A DNA stretch of 63,655 nt, filler included, from Folioceros fuciformis (GCA_049999805.1; 4 parts of 2 records of this genome joined end to end with filler, not necessarily neighbours in it), one strand, 5' to 3'. Positions 26,540 through 42,474 are shown, numbered from the whole stretch's first letter. The notes: generated by a model from the sequence alone, not told the origin. Made by a program: numbers and translations.

Positions 26540-29099
26540 GCTCGTTCTGATTCCAACCTTCGACAAAGTCCACACCCGCTGCAGGCAGACTGAACCTCGA
26601 CGCCAAAAGAGAGACGCAGGCGACAAGCTCCCTCGCTCCGTTCAATTCCGTCACACAATAGGAACAAGCGCTCGTCCAACCACGCACCACCAGTGACCTC
26701 GACCTTCACTCCGACGATCCTTACAGCGAAGATTCTGCACTCCAATTGCTTTCCACCGACACCGCATCACTCACGATCTGCGAACCACGATCCGCGAACG
26801 GATCTGCAGCCTGAAACGGCTGCGCACCAAGCTGCCAAGCAGCAGCGGCTTCTGCCACCAGCTGCACCTCCCGGCTCCCGGAACCGAAGCTTCACTCCGG
26901 GCGCACGCAGCTTCGCTCTTCGCCGGCCGAGCTGTGTCGGAACCAAAAGACCGGCACCTTTCCCGTCCGCGTCTCCGCCTCTGCCGCTGTCACTGCCACT
27001 GCCACTGCCACTGCCACCACCGCTCACGAGAAACGAGCACGACGAAAAGCCCGAAACGGGCCGGAGGCCGAATATAAAGGGTACGGCACTTACACAAAAT
27101 GAGAAAGTCGCGGGTAAGTTGCTACTTTGGTGCGCTCTACCACCATGTGTATATGTAGACAGTTCATGGCTTGGATTCCTGATTCCGCATGTAGCTCCTC
27201 TGTACACATGTGCGCCCAAACCTCCTCAGGAGGTCATGTCGGCATGGGGGGCGCAGCCTCAATTTGGCAAGACTCAGGGCCTCCGAACAGCATATTCCCT
27301 TGAGATGCCCTGCCACCGAATGCCACCCGAGCCAACGTGCTCCATGATTGGCCGCCGCGGCTGTCCCTTCAATCCCTTGTCCCCTAATCCTCATCCTAAT
27401 CCGGGATTTCGCAACATTAATTTTCATATCCCAGCACCTGCACACGGATATGAGGGTGGCCCACTCCTTGGGTTTTCCAGCGTTCCAAAGCCCACATTTC
27501 TGTCCTGGTGCACCCACACTGTAGGTGTGGTACTTTGGACGATTTGAAAGGGCATCTCATCCGCATCTCATCCGGATCTTGCCTCGTCACCATCGCTATG
27601 TGTGGCTCGTTGGGAGCTGGGGAAGGTTTATCGGTGCTCCTGTGACACCCGCGTAACCCAGCTTTCAAGATTTTGAACTAGCAAGTTACTGTTAGCCTTC
27701 TTGTTGTTGGAGAACACAGTGCTTGAGCTTTCATCGTTTTGGGAATTCGAGCTGAAATGTGGGATCTGAAGCGTCTTGCACTGCCCATCTCTTCGAATTG
27801 TTGAAGTTCTATCCTTACCTCGATCCGTCCATAGGGTGGAGAACTGTTGGGTCGTTGTGTTTGGTGGTCTTCTCGGCTTCAGTACTAAACTCAGGGATTC
27901 ATTCCAGTGTGAGTCTCTGTGTCCATCCCACCTATTCTGTTAGGTGGAGGGGAAAGCATGTGGTAGGAACTGGGCGTAGTCTTAAAACAGAAGGGCAAGG
28001 AAGGGGAGTGGGGGTTCCGAGAAACTGAGCAGGTAACTACCAAGTAGCTGCACTTCTGACGATGGCGGTGATCAGCATATGAACATGCCTAGAGATGGGA
28101 TGAACCATTGTCATACGAGCACATGCACAGACATACACGGACTGGAGAGAGAGTGCTGGTTTCAGGGTGAAACACCAAAATGATACCTGGATGGTGGCGG
28201 GCCAGAACTTTGGACCAGGATTTGGGCAGACAACCAGCCCACATGCAGCACGCGACTCCCGAGTTGCTGAGACCATGGCGTCTTGCTGGGACCCTAGGTC
28301 TGGTTGCTATCGTGGCGTCCGGCATGACGGGAGAGGCGACCACCAGTCGACTGTCACGTCTCGGAATCGACTCGCAGTCCCCGAGTCGCGACTCACGATT
28401 CACGGCTTCCCCGTCGCTTTCTGAGGCTGAGAATGGTGCTAGACGGGTGGTCTCCAGGCTCCATGCCGTTGGCGGATGTGTGTAGGTGGTAGGAAGGTGG
28501 CGTCTCCCACGGAAGTATGATCCCATGGTGCCAAGACGATGTTTTGAAGAAGCCGTGCAAGAGGAGGGTGTCTGGCGTGTGCCGCACAAGCACTATTCGA
28601 TTCCAACCGTGGATGCGCCACACACGTATGCAAGTACGTGCGCCCTTGTTGGTTTTTCGCACCAACTCCTCCGGTGCCAAGTACTTATGTGCGATTGGGC
28701 ACATTACGGGCAAGTTGGGAAGAGTCCCGACAATGTTCTGCCGTGCCGTGGCACTTGAGCTTGCAACAGGCGTCCGGAATCTGATGGTGATACAATACAA
28801 AAGCCGAAGGGTTTGTTACAAGGAGATTTATATAGTTACATCTGTTGCCAAGCAACGGGATATGAGCAAAACTTGGACAAAGAATGGAGACACCACTGTG
28901 CAAGATTACAGCCACTGGCAGCCGGGTTCATCCCCGCCTTCTTGATGATGCAGACACTTTAGGGGGTTCGTTCAGCCTGATCCGAACCTGTCGCCAAGTG
29001 TCCAGCACGGTGACAAGAAACAGTAGGTTAGGGAGGTTTCACGAAACATGGGAATTGGTAGGAGGAAAACCAGGCACCGGATCTGTATCTATGTTTTTG

Positions 29100-31120
29100 A
29101 GTTGAATGCCTAGCTTCAACAGAATTGTACCTTCTTCTTTTGACGATACATTGTCTCCTTGTCAGCTACGCTTTGATCTGTGAAGTCTGCTTGCGTCTGC
29201 TCGTCTGCTGACTGACCTGGTGTGTCCAGGTAAAGCTGTAGCCTTTCCAACTGGACCTCCCAAAATGTGACAGTCCATCCCTGCCGAGACACAAAACATG
29301 TTCAGCAATATTGAAAGACTCAAGCCACAGACATCCTGCAGCCTGCATGCAAAGCAAGCGTAGGTTACCTCTTCGAAAAGATCCACCACAACTTCCAGGC
29401 ACTCTTTGGAAATGTCCGAAGAAAATGACGATGACATCTGGGAGATGTGGATCAGGTCATTACGCGATAGGTCGCTCTTCGCATGCATATCCACAATGTC
29501 GCGGCCCTTGTAGCACCACATCACCAGTGCAAATGCACGGCGAAACTTGGCGGACACGGCACCTTCTACATCGGCAACGTTTGCCACACGAGCAGCGGCG
29601 GCATCCTCCGCTCCGATCTGCCAGTGGAAGGAAAGCTGAGCTTCAACTCTCATGTCGTCTGCAGTGGTTGCTACCAGCTCTGAGATCCTGCTTCTTCTAC
29701 ACAACAGGGACTCGAATCCTGCAAAGACTTCTGCTTTCGATATGTCTATCATGTGCCTGCAGTCGTGCAACACCAAGCAACCTCACACACACCAGTCAGT
29801 TGCCACATCTAGCCTGCCTGAGCACTCTCGCCGCACACACATTGTTTCTAACGAAGACAGTCAAGAACCTTGTCCTCTTCAAGGCTCCGAGTTACTACTG
29901 TGTGGTCTTCATCTAAGTGTATTGGAAACAGTGTGGAGCAGGACAACGTACCGGCCACAATGCAGCACCTGTGGCTTTCGATTGGAGAATTTTATTCCGA
30001 CCTCATCTTCGTTCACTACTATTATCCTATAAGGTCCCAGGACAAGCTCCTTGTCTGACAGTTTCTGATCATTCGCAGTGGAGTATGAGAACGTTATACA
30101 GGATCGCTCGAAAACTCCAGGTTCCAGGATTTCAGCACGCCCGTCCACCCATGCAATACCTACATGGCCTGGAGGCATAACCACCCTGAGAGCAGCCAAC
30201 CAAACACGTGAATATCAAGAAGTAGCAGCAGCTAGGCCATGGAGAATATCAGATGGCAGGACTACGACCGGAACCCACCTGTGAAGGCAACCATGGTGGA
30301 TGACTCTCGTGCTCTCCGGCACAAATTCCTGAATGGTGAAGGAGCGTGAAGCATAGGAATGAAAACCCGAAGGAAGAAGCAGAGGTTGGCTATCAAGCCA
30401 AGTCAAAGCTATCATGCCCTGTGGCACTTGCAGAACCACTTCCTCACTCCCAACAACAGCGGCTCCTACGTTGTTCCCTTGTCGGCGAGGCAAGAAATCT
30501 TCCGGTTTAGACGGTGTGCCCCCTCCTGCATCATCTGGTACACATTCTCCTTCCACAACCTCAGGGGAGCTACCACCCAAGCGAGGAGCCACAGCAGCAC
30601 TGTGCTTGGGGCGTCTCATGGAACATAGCCACGACATCCAGCGAGCACTGATCCTCTGGCTGCCAACTGCTGCACGGGAAGAATTTGCGATGGTCTCCAC
30701 AAACACCGGACTCCGAGTTTCGTGCCTGGAACCTGTGGAACCTTCAGAGGGCCGACCACCGTGAGCATCAGTCCGCGAATGCTCGTTCTCATGCTCCTGC
30801 TCCTGCTCCGGGGATGACACTTCCAAGCTGGAGGCACTTTCGATCCACAGACGTTCCAACCTCAAGCTCCTGTCTGCTCCCCAGTCCTGCAAGTGCTGAT
30901 TAGATGACCCGTACTTGATGGCTCGCTGCGCCAGCATGTTGGGAGCAGTAACGCCAGGCAGGGCCTCATCATACTCGAAGTCATACTCCCTGTCAGTGAA
31001 TCCTGGCGGGTAAGCCAGAGAGGGCTTCATCCAGTCTTCCCCTGGATCCGGGTCCCTGCCCTTCCCGGGTTGCCTCACTTGGCGAGGCCGACGCTGCTGC
31101 TGCTGCTGCTGCTGCGTCAT
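29100..31120 (-). CDS. SPFH/band-7 domain protein with N-terminal beta-type repeats; 3' end uncertain
   Basis: Exons 31120-30279, 30185-29952, ~29758-29369 and ~29280-29218. Three repeats: VLQVPQGMIALTWLDSQPLLLPSGFH, VVMPPGHVGIAWVDGRAEILEPGVF, IIVVNEDEVGIKFSNRKPQVLHCGRH. Then SPFH-like LVATTADDMRVEAQLSFHWQI...GWTVTFWEVQLERLQL. PolyQ near the N-terminus. Confidence 0.6.
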
Positions 31121-31791
31121 GACTAAACCTCCTTCTGCCGGCTATCCTCCTCACCTCCCAGCTGAGCATCACCGACTTGAGCTGCGACCAGCGTCCTGGA
31201 AATGCACGCCAGAAGCTGGAGCTGGAGCAGTTGGTGGCCCTGGTGCGGGAGGTGCGTAGAATGCAAACCTTGCCTGCGCATCCAAACAACAGTCAATTGC
31301 TGCGAAGAAAGGGCTGTGAGGCCGGCCTAGCGGTCTCCTCCTCGCAGAATTCGGGTCATCGTCCTTGGGCCGGCTGTTCCTCAGCCCGCATTGTCCAGCC
31401 GTGGGACCCAGGTTTCCTTCGAGGGTCCAGGAAGGTGAAACCAAGTTCAAGCCAAATGCAGGAGCAGAAGGAGCAGGCATGCAGGCAGGCAGAGACACAT
31501 GCGCTTGGTAGGATCCCCAGATACACCAACATTCCTAATGCACAATGCGGAATGCACAGGACAAGGCGGCATTACAGGACTTGGTCTCAAAACGGCAGGT
31601 GCATTACAGGAACAGAAAGCATGCTTACCCAGCCCAGGCCAGGCCCCTCACGGCCCCTCTCCCCCGCTCCCGGGCCCTGCCTGCCACAGAGGTCCACGCA
31701 ACACGACCCACCGAGTTTCAGGGGCAACCCACCCACCGGGTTGGGGCCAGAGAGGGAGGTACCTGGTTTCACATTTGCTGCCCTGCTGTGA

Positions 31792-35162
<3,371 letters not shown>

Positions 35163-35465
35163 CTACTGAGGAGTGCACACCGTGGACAGGGTTGCAGGAT
35201 GTCCTCCCTCCTGACCCCGATCTGCAACATGTATAGATTGGAAAGTGTCTAGTTCAGGCGTATCTACATCGCTCGTAGTTAGACGGTGTGAATTTTTGCT
35301 CGTCTGTTGTGCCCCTCTGTATGTGTACGCACAAATCCAAGAGGATTGTTTCAACGTCGAGAACTATTAATTCAGCTGGTAATTTGAATGAATAAGGTGG
35401 ATGCTTGAAGCTTTGTACATATGTACAGGACGAGGGCCATATCGGGGCGCCTGCAAATCTCGTTC

Positions 35466-38400
35466 TCAGTGCCGATCTCCGCAGGAACAAGTGCCATCCA
35501 CGAAGCGGTGAACTCGGTGTGTGTCTCTGACAATGATTTCCCTCTTTTCAATTCTCGACATGGCCTTGGTGCCATTGTGGCAGTCATTGCACATGCGAAG
35601 GTTCTTGGTGACTAGCAAAGCCATTCCATCTGGAGTGTTCAAGAGTCCATATGCCAATGCAAGCTTCTCGGCATGTCCACACAGAGCATCTCCCTTTGCC
35701 CGATCAGAGAGAGCTTGTAGCAATTCCGGAGATGAGTAATGGCCTGCTTCCTCCTCCAATTGGAAGTTAACGCTCTTCAGCTTTGACGAGACATCGTCCC
35801 TCTCTTGCCCCACATCAAACGTGTGGACCTTGCTGTTCACCTCAATCCAGGCTCTTGCAGGCTTCTTGCATGCACCTGCTAACCTTCTCAGGCTTTCGAT
35901 CCTGCGTACGTCTGACCACATATGGACGTTTGTATACATACTTGCCATGAAGACGTAGGGAGCTGCGTTTTGAGGATCTAGTCTGGTAAGGAGATCAAAG
36001 CTACGTCTTCCACGCTCTACATCACCATGGCTTTTGCATGCATTGAGCAAAGACATCCACCCTTCATAGTTGGTTTTGAACGGCATAGTCTGCAGCATGG
36101 TTTCTGCCTCTTGAAGATGGCCTGCCCGTCCGAGAAGGTCAACCATGCAGTTGTGGTGACACACACTGGGATTGATTCCATGGGACTCCACCATCAGCTT
36201 GAAATAGTGTCGACCCTCATGCACCAGGCCTTCGCGACTGCAGGCCGCCAGTACACACAGGAATGTAGCTTCATTAGGCTCCACTCCATACTGAAGCATT
36301 TCTTCAAAGCACAGCAATCCCATTCGGCCTTGATTATGTTGCGCAAACCCATTAATGAACGCAGTCCAGGCCACAACATTCCTGGTGGGCAATCTGTCAA
36401 AGACAATGCGAGCATCCCCTAAGCTGCCACATTTGGCATACATGTCCAACAGGCTGATGCCAACAACTTCATCCGACTCCAGTCCTGCTGACCGAATATG
36501 CAGATGCAGCTCCTTCCCATGGTGCAGAGCTCCTACACTGGCACATGATTTCAAGAGGCAGACACACATGGCACGATCAGCTGGTCTAATGCCCTCCTCT
36601 TGCATCCTTGCATAAAGAGCAAGAGCATCTTGACCGAGCCCTTCCTCTGCATATCCTGCAATCATGGCCGTCCACGTCACCGCATCTTTTCTTGGCAGTC
36701 TTTCGAAGACTCTGCTGGCATCCTCCATGCTACCACATTTTGCATACATGTCCACCAGGCAGTTACCAACGACAAGATCAGCTTCTAAACCTCTCTCTTG
36801 AATCTGAAGATGAAGTTCCTTGCCCTGACGCAAATCTCCTGTGCTGCTACAAGCTTTCAACAGGCAGGCAAAAGTGACTAGATTAGCTGGCGTGATGTTC
36901 TCCTCTTGCATGCGTGCATATACATTGAGGGCTTCCTGACCAAGCCCCTGCTGGGCATATCCTGCAATCATTGATGTCCATGTTATGACATTTCTTGTTG
37001 GCAAAATGTCAAACACTCTGCGAGCATCTTCTAAGCTCCCACATTTAACATACATATCCACCAAGCAATTGGCAACTACCAAATCAGTTTCCAGTCCTCG
37101 TTCCCGGATCTGGTCATGAAGTTCCTTCCCCTCGCGAACAGCCCCAACGCTGGAGCACGCTTTCAGAAGGCACACAAAGGTAACTGGCTCAATCAGAGGA
37201 ACACCCAATTGTTTCATCCTTCCATAAACAGTCAGGGCTTCCTGTCCATGACCTTGGTCAGTATACCCTGCAACCATGGCATTCCATGTCACACTATCTT
37301 TTGTGGGCAAATGCTCAAACACTCTCCTAGCATCCTCCAAGCTGCCACATTTGGCGTACATGTCCACCAAACTGTTTCCGACCACCACATCCGCTTCGAG
37401 TCCTCTCTCCTGAACCTTTGAGTGGAGCTCCTTGCCTGCATCGATGGCTTTGATGCTGGCACATGCATTCAGGAGGCACACAAATGTAACATGATTTGCC
37501 GGAGTGACGCCCTCTTGCTGCATCCTCCCATAAAGAGACAGAGCCTCATGACCACGCCCAAACTGTGCATACCCTGCGATCATAGCTGTCCATGTCACCA
37601 CATCTTTTGCCGGCAAACTATCAAATGCTTTCCGTGCATCCTCCAAACTGCCACATTTCACATACATGTCCACCAGGCTACTGCCAACACCAACATCAGA
37701 TTCCATGCCCCTTGAATGGATCTCTAGGTGCAGCTGCTTCCCTCGATGTACATCACCAAGACTAGCGCAGGCTTTGATGAGGCACCCAAACGTCACATGG
37801 TTGGCTGAAACGATGCCTTCCTCTACCATTTCCGCATACAGGGTGAGGGCCTCTTGCCCTAGCCCGTTCTGAGCGTACCCAGCGATCATGGCATTCCATG
37901 AAACCACATCTCTCTTGGCAACCCCGTCAAACACTCTGCGAGCATCCTTCAAGCTCCCACATTTTGCATACATGTCCACAAGGCAGTTGCAGACAAACAA
38001 ATTCGGCTCAACCTCACTTTCCAGGATGTCCGCATGCACCTGCTTCCCAGATGCCAAATCTGCCTCACTGGTGCATGCTTTCAGGACAGCCACAAGGACA
38101 TAGCTGGTTGGATTCACAGTCACCTGTCGCATCTGGTGATACAATTTTATAATCTGCGCAGGCTCTCCCAGCTTAGCCTGTGCCAAAATGATGATGGACC
38201 ACGAAAACGCATTGGGTGCAGCCAGGCCCGTGAACACCTGAAATGCCTCATGCAATCTCCCAAGAGAAGCATACATCCGTATGATGTTGTTGCCCAGGAA
38301 TGTACAAGACTGTAACCCAGTTTCAAGAGAAAGAGCATGAATACGCCTGCCAACAGCCTCGTCCTTCTGCTGGACACATCTCTTAAGAACACCACAGAAA

Positions 38401-38543
38401 AGTGCGACGGACACATAAAATCCTCGCTGTACCAGACCCTCCAATGCTTCAATTTCCCCACCGACTTTTCCCAGACTGCCACCTGCCCTGCAAATCAAAG
38501 GCACCGTCAAAGCAAGTCCCGAGCGTGCACAGGTCCAGGACAT
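35466..38543 (-). CDS. PLS-DYW PPR RNA-editing factor of the DYW:KP ('DRH') type, intronless
   Basis: About 23 P/L/S motifs, E1/E2, KKPARAWIE box, CGHAEKLALAYGLL, KNLRMCNDCH and C-terminal CSCGDRH. Confidence 0.95.
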   Translation of the reverse strand: MSWTCARSGLALTVPLICRAGGSLGKVGGEIEALEGLVQRGFYVSVALFCGVLKRCVQQKDEAVGRRIHALSLETGLQSCTFLGNNIIRMYASLGRLHEAFQVFTGLAAPNAFSWSIIILAQAKLGEPAQIIKLYHQMRQVTVNPTSYVLVAVLKACTSEADLASGKQVHADILESEVEPNLFVCNCLVDMYAKCGSLKDARRVFDGVAKRDVVSWNAMIAGYAQNGLGQEALTLYAEMVEEGIVSANHVTFGCLIKACASLGDVHRGKQLHLEIHSRGMESDVGVGSSLVDMYVKCGSLEDARKAFDSLPAKDVVTWTAMIAGYAQFGRGHEALSLYGRMQQEGVTPANHVTFVCLLNACASIKAIDAGKELHSKVQERGLEADVVVGNSLVDMYAKCGSLEDARRVFEHLPTKDSVTWNAMVAGYTDQGHGQEALTVYGRMKQLGVPLIEPVTFVCLLKACSSVGAVREGKELHDQIRERGLETDLVVANCLVDMYVKCGSLEDARRVFDILPTRNVITWTSMIAGYAQQGLGQEALNVYARMQEENITPANLVTFACLLKACSSTGDLRQGKELHLQIQERGLEADLVVGNCLVDMYAKCGSMEDASRVFERLPRKDAVTWTAMIAGYAEEGLGQDALALYARMQEEGIRPADRAMCVCLLKSCASVGALHHGKELHLHIRSAGLESDEVVGISLLDMYAKCGSLGDARIVFDRLPTRNVVAWTAFINGFAQHNQGRMGLLCFEEMLQYGVEPNEATFLCVLAACSREGLVHEGRHYFKLMVESHGINPSVCHHNCMVDLLGRAGHLQEAETMLQTMPFKTNYEGWMSLLNACKSHGDVERGRRSFDLLTRLDPQNAAPYVFMASMYTNVHMWSDVRRIESLRRLAGACKKPARAWIEVNSKVHTFDVGQERDDVSSKLKSVNFQLEEEAGHYSSPELLQALSDRAKGDALCGHAEKLALAYGLLNTPDGMALLVTKNLRMCNDCHNGTKAMSRIEKREIIVRDTHRVHRFVDGTCSCGDRH

Positions 38544-38841
38544 GTTCCTTCCTACAGCCTCGACGTGCTAAGGGCCCGCCCCTGTGCACCCGGCCTGTCG
38601 TCGCAGAGGTGGGATTTGATTTGCGTGAGGCCCATTTCCTGCAAACGCCGAAATCAGTACAAACATTTATATCTCAGCTAAACCCAGAAACCATACAAGG
38701 GAGACTCGGGAAAGCCGACCTCCTTTGGTGTTCGCGTGGATGTATTTGTCCTCCTCGATGTATTTTACGAGACAACATATGTTCGATTATCTCATATAAA
38801 ATCGTTACAATTCACGTGTGATGATATCGGGATTCCATATT

Positions 38842-39006
38842 GTGTTTTTTAGAAGCTTTAGGGCTTTAGTTATAGGATAGTTTTGTTTGATTTCATTCAG
38901 CTTCGCACGAGTAGTCCTGGAGTACGTGTCTTTTAGAAGCTTTAGGGCTTTAGTTATGGCATAGTTTTGTTTAATGTCATTCAACTTCGCACGAGTAGTC
39001 CTGGAG
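38842..39006. repeat. Tandem duplication, period 84 bp
   Basis: TTTTAGAAGCTTTAGGGCTTTAGTTAT...CTTCGCACGAGTAGTCCTGGAG twice. Confidence 0.9.
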
Positions 39007-39080
39007 GACGTGGTGGCGGGGGAGAGGACGCATGTATAACGCATTGCTTAAGATGCCGAGTCCCAAACGGTGACAAAAAT

Positions 39081-39152
39081 GGGGCATTGCGAGAATCGAA
39101 CTCACGACCTCTCGCACCCGAAGCGAGAATCATACCACTAGACCAAATGCCC
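39081..39152 (-). tRNA. trnP-CGG: tRNA-Pro(CGG)
   Basis: GGGCATTTGGTCTAGTGGTATGATTCTCGCTTCGGGTGCGAGAGGTCGTGAGTTCGATTCTCGCAATGCCCC: 7-bp acceptor stem, A and B boxes, anticodon CGG, followed by a T5 Pol III terminator. Confidence 0.95.
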
Positions 39153-39204
39153 ACTGACAATGTAGATATGATTGCATATAATAGTCATCTAAAAATATAT
39201 ATAT

Positions 39205-40680
39205 CCTTCCAGTTTCTTCTCGCCCTCTGGCTCCAACAGCAGCTTAGTGTGCGGTACATGGCCACCATCTTGGGTTCAGTCGTGCGTTTGTACTCTTGAC
39301 AGTAAGAGCAATGTCCTACGTTTTTTCTCCCACCAAAAATGTATGCACCTGGTCCTTCACCTCATTGGTTGCCACTGCAGGCTTCTTGTTAGCTCCTGCA
39401 ACCAGTCTCTGTGCACATCCCTGCATCCGCAAACGCTTGGGCCATGAGTATGTATGTGACTTTTGCAGGCAGCCAGCAACGAGGTCAACCCTGCAAGATA
39501 GCTTTGGTTCTCACAAGACTCTTACGAGGATGCTCTCTGCCTCGTCTGGATGGCCTGCACGCCCGAGAAGGTCGATCATGCAAATGTAGTGCTGAACAAT
39601 AGGTTTGATGCCATGCTGTTCAGTCATGGAACCGAAGAGCTCGCGACCCTCCTGTACCAGTCCCCCATGACTGCATGGTGCTAGAGGGCAGGTGAAAGTC
39701 ACCTCATTAGGATGAATTCCGGCAACTCACATCTGCTTCAAACACCTAGCGCTCTGTGACTATCATCACAAGCACCATACCCAAATATCAGGGCATTCCA
39801 TGTCACCACTGCTTGCACAGGCATTCAGAAGGGAAGCAAAAGTAACACGGTCAGGCAAAATGAGACCCTGTTCCTCCATTTGTCCATACACAGCGAACGC
39901 CTCTTGGCCGAGTCCTTTCTGTGCATAGCCAGATAGATATCAGGGCATTCCATGTCACGACATCCCTTATGGCCATGCTGTCAAAACCCTGGCGTGCATT
40001 TTTCACTCCTCCACATTTAGCGTACACATCCACCAGCCTGAGGGAGGTGCCAACAAACAAGTCAGGAGGCATGCCACCTTCCAAAACATCATAGTGCAGA
40101 TTCCAAGTCCGCGGCCAAGGCCCAAGCTTGGAGGGCAGTTGCAAAGACATGAGCATCCGCCTCCGCTCCTGACCTACGCATCTCATGGTACAGTTATGCA
40201 GCCTCACTAGCTTTCCGGTGCTAGGTGTACGCGAAGATGACGGAAAACCACATGAAGGCATCTGGTTTGCCCACCGTGGTGAGCACATCCAAGGCCTCCT
40301 CCAGCCTACCCCCACCTGCATAAATGCCAAGATATGGTTCCCCAACCACGCATTCGACTCGTAACCAAGTTTGACAGTGAGGTCATGCACTCGTCGACCA
40401 GAACCATATCCTTCTTGGCTATACAAAGCTTTAGCACACTGTATGACAGAAACTGAGAAACATGAAAACCTGACTGCACCAGAAATTCCACATCTCCAAC
40501 AACCTCACAGAGCTTCCCCTCGCTGAATAACATGTTAAACGGTTCACGGTTCCTGCCCTTCCGACGCCCGTTTCCGATCCCACAACCCTGCCTGAGGGAC
40601 AGCCTGTCCCATCCTAAACCACAGGGCCACCGACAGAGGTCCGCAGCTTGGGCGAACGGTTCTACTGACATGGATCGCTT
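39205..40680 (-). pseudogene. Frameshifted and internally deleted DYW:KP-type PPR pseudogene
   Basis: Fragments FLVQSGFHVSQF..VLKLCIAKK, LVDVYAKCGGVKNARQGFD..RDVVTWNALI, CSHGGLVQEGR..HYICMIDLLGRAG, AGANKKPAVATNEVKDQVHTFLVGE and GHVPHT lie in different frames. The catalytic HAE/CxxC part is absent. Boundaries approximate. Confidence 0.85.
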
Positions 40681-41169
40681 GTGTCTGTGTTCTTGGTTGA
40701 GGATTACTTTCTGAACTGCGACATCATGCATAGCTGTTCTACCTTGAAACATTCAAAGAGGAGATCTCCATCGCGGAACGCCTTCGCGCTCGCTTCCCAT
40801 GGCAGCGTCCTGTCCTGTTTCCAATACAGGACAGTACACTGGGTTTGAAATTGGCCATCCCGCCTTTGCTGCCGGCGCGCCATTCTATGTACAAGCGCAT
40901 CAGCTCGAGTCACGGACGACATTTATTCTTCTAAGAATTTGATTCCAATATTGTATTTAACGTTCTCACCGTTTCCCCCCAAAGGAAACAGCTTTGACAA
41001 AGCGCCTCAAGGGTCCTACACTCCTATGGCCCAATGGGTCCTACACTCCCGCGGCCCGGAGGTAGTTTTAAAACTGTCCTCGACGTAGGACTGGCAGAAA
41101 GCCACGGAATGGCAGTACGGTCGACCCTCTCTAAATGTGACCTCCCTATATATCTATAAATATTACAGA

Positions 41170-41405
41170 TTTGGATATTCCCTAATTAAGGATAAAGGTT
41201 AGATATTAGTTTTTTTTATAAATTTTATATTTATTTATTTTTATAAAAAAGGCACTCTCAGCCACTATAATTCAATTTTATAAATATTATTTTAATTTTA
41301 TAATATATAAATAAAATAATATATATTATGCTGAAAATAGCATGGATAATATAGATATCTAACTTAGATAATCACAATGCAAGACTTGGATGGGCTCAAA
41401 GAAGG
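41170..41405 (-). repeat. AT-rich dispersed repeat, copy 2, inverted relative to 23075-23360
   Basis: Reverse complement shares the blocks listed for copy 1. Confidence 0.7.
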
Positions 41406-41569
41406 AAAGGGAGGAGGGAGCAAGGGAGGAAAGAGCCGGAGGAGTAGCTCTTGCATTTATTGGTGACGACTTTTAATCTAACATGTATTTGCCTTCTAGG
41501 CACGCTTTACTTGTTAACGTTAAATATGCTAGGACATCGTTACACACAAAAGACTTCTAAAATCATATA

Positions 41570-41669
41570 NNNNNNNNNNNNNNNNNNNNNNNNNNNNNNN
41601 NNNNNNNNNNNNNTTAATTAATTAANNNNNNNNNNNNNNNNNNNNNNNNNNNNNNNNNNNNNNNNNNNN
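41570..41669. other. Artificial contig linker
   Basis: N44-TTAATTAATTAA-N44. Confidence 0.97.
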
Positions 41670-42474
41670 TTTTCATAACAGCAAGACACTATATTAAAGA
41701 CAACAAGACTTCTTACGACGAAAGCTCCAAATGCCTTGAAAAATGGAAGCTCCGAACCTTGAGTGAAGGGTGGTGAGAGTAGTGATGTAGCCATAGCCAA
41801 GTGGGTATGGACGGATAGCTCAAGCAGGTCATGGGTACTTACTCCTTGCCAGGATCACATGAGTTGGGGTCAAATGGTAGAATCTCATCTAGACCTTGGG
41901 AGCGCAACAAGACTAGGTTGAAGGCCTTGGCAATCCTAGCTGGAAAACTATAGTATTATATGTGAATGTAATAATAAAGATCTAAAAACCCCTAATAAAA
42001 CTTAATTTTATTCTGGATTTAGATAATATGAATACATTTTATAATATAAGTTATACAACTATAGATGAACTAAAATATGCTAGATATGGAATATTCATAA
42101 TTTGTGAAAGATTAAAATACATTTCTTGGTTCTTACAAGAATATAAGTGTATCAGAATCGCCAATGGGAAACAAGGACGAATCATATGGAACAACAAATG
42201 CGAATAAGAAGCGGAAAACTAGTGCCTTGGCCATTGTTTGTGAAACCACATGCACAAACTGCGAAAGGTCAGCAAGCCTCGAAACTTGTTGGGCAGAAAA
42301 AAGTATCAAATTTTGAAGTGTTATTGTGATATTACTCTGCGTTTTTAACATTTAAGAAAGTGATCGAAGCAACAGCCAGCTACATCACTTTCCACACTCT
42401 TTTAGTCCATCCTTCATCGTACACATTTGGCGACCATGCCTTGTACGTTTATTTAATGCGCTCTGGTGATCAAG

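Noticed and set aside
26693-27547. 284-aa Pro-rich ORF
   Set aside because: Antisense to the GC-rich CIPK 5' UTR/promoter; the proline run comes from a (CCACTG)n microsatellite.
27760-28945. Several overlapping 80-170 aa ORFs between CIPK and the SPFH gene
   Set aside because: No recognisable motif or consistent splice model; probably promoter or UTR sequence, though a small gene cannot be excluded.
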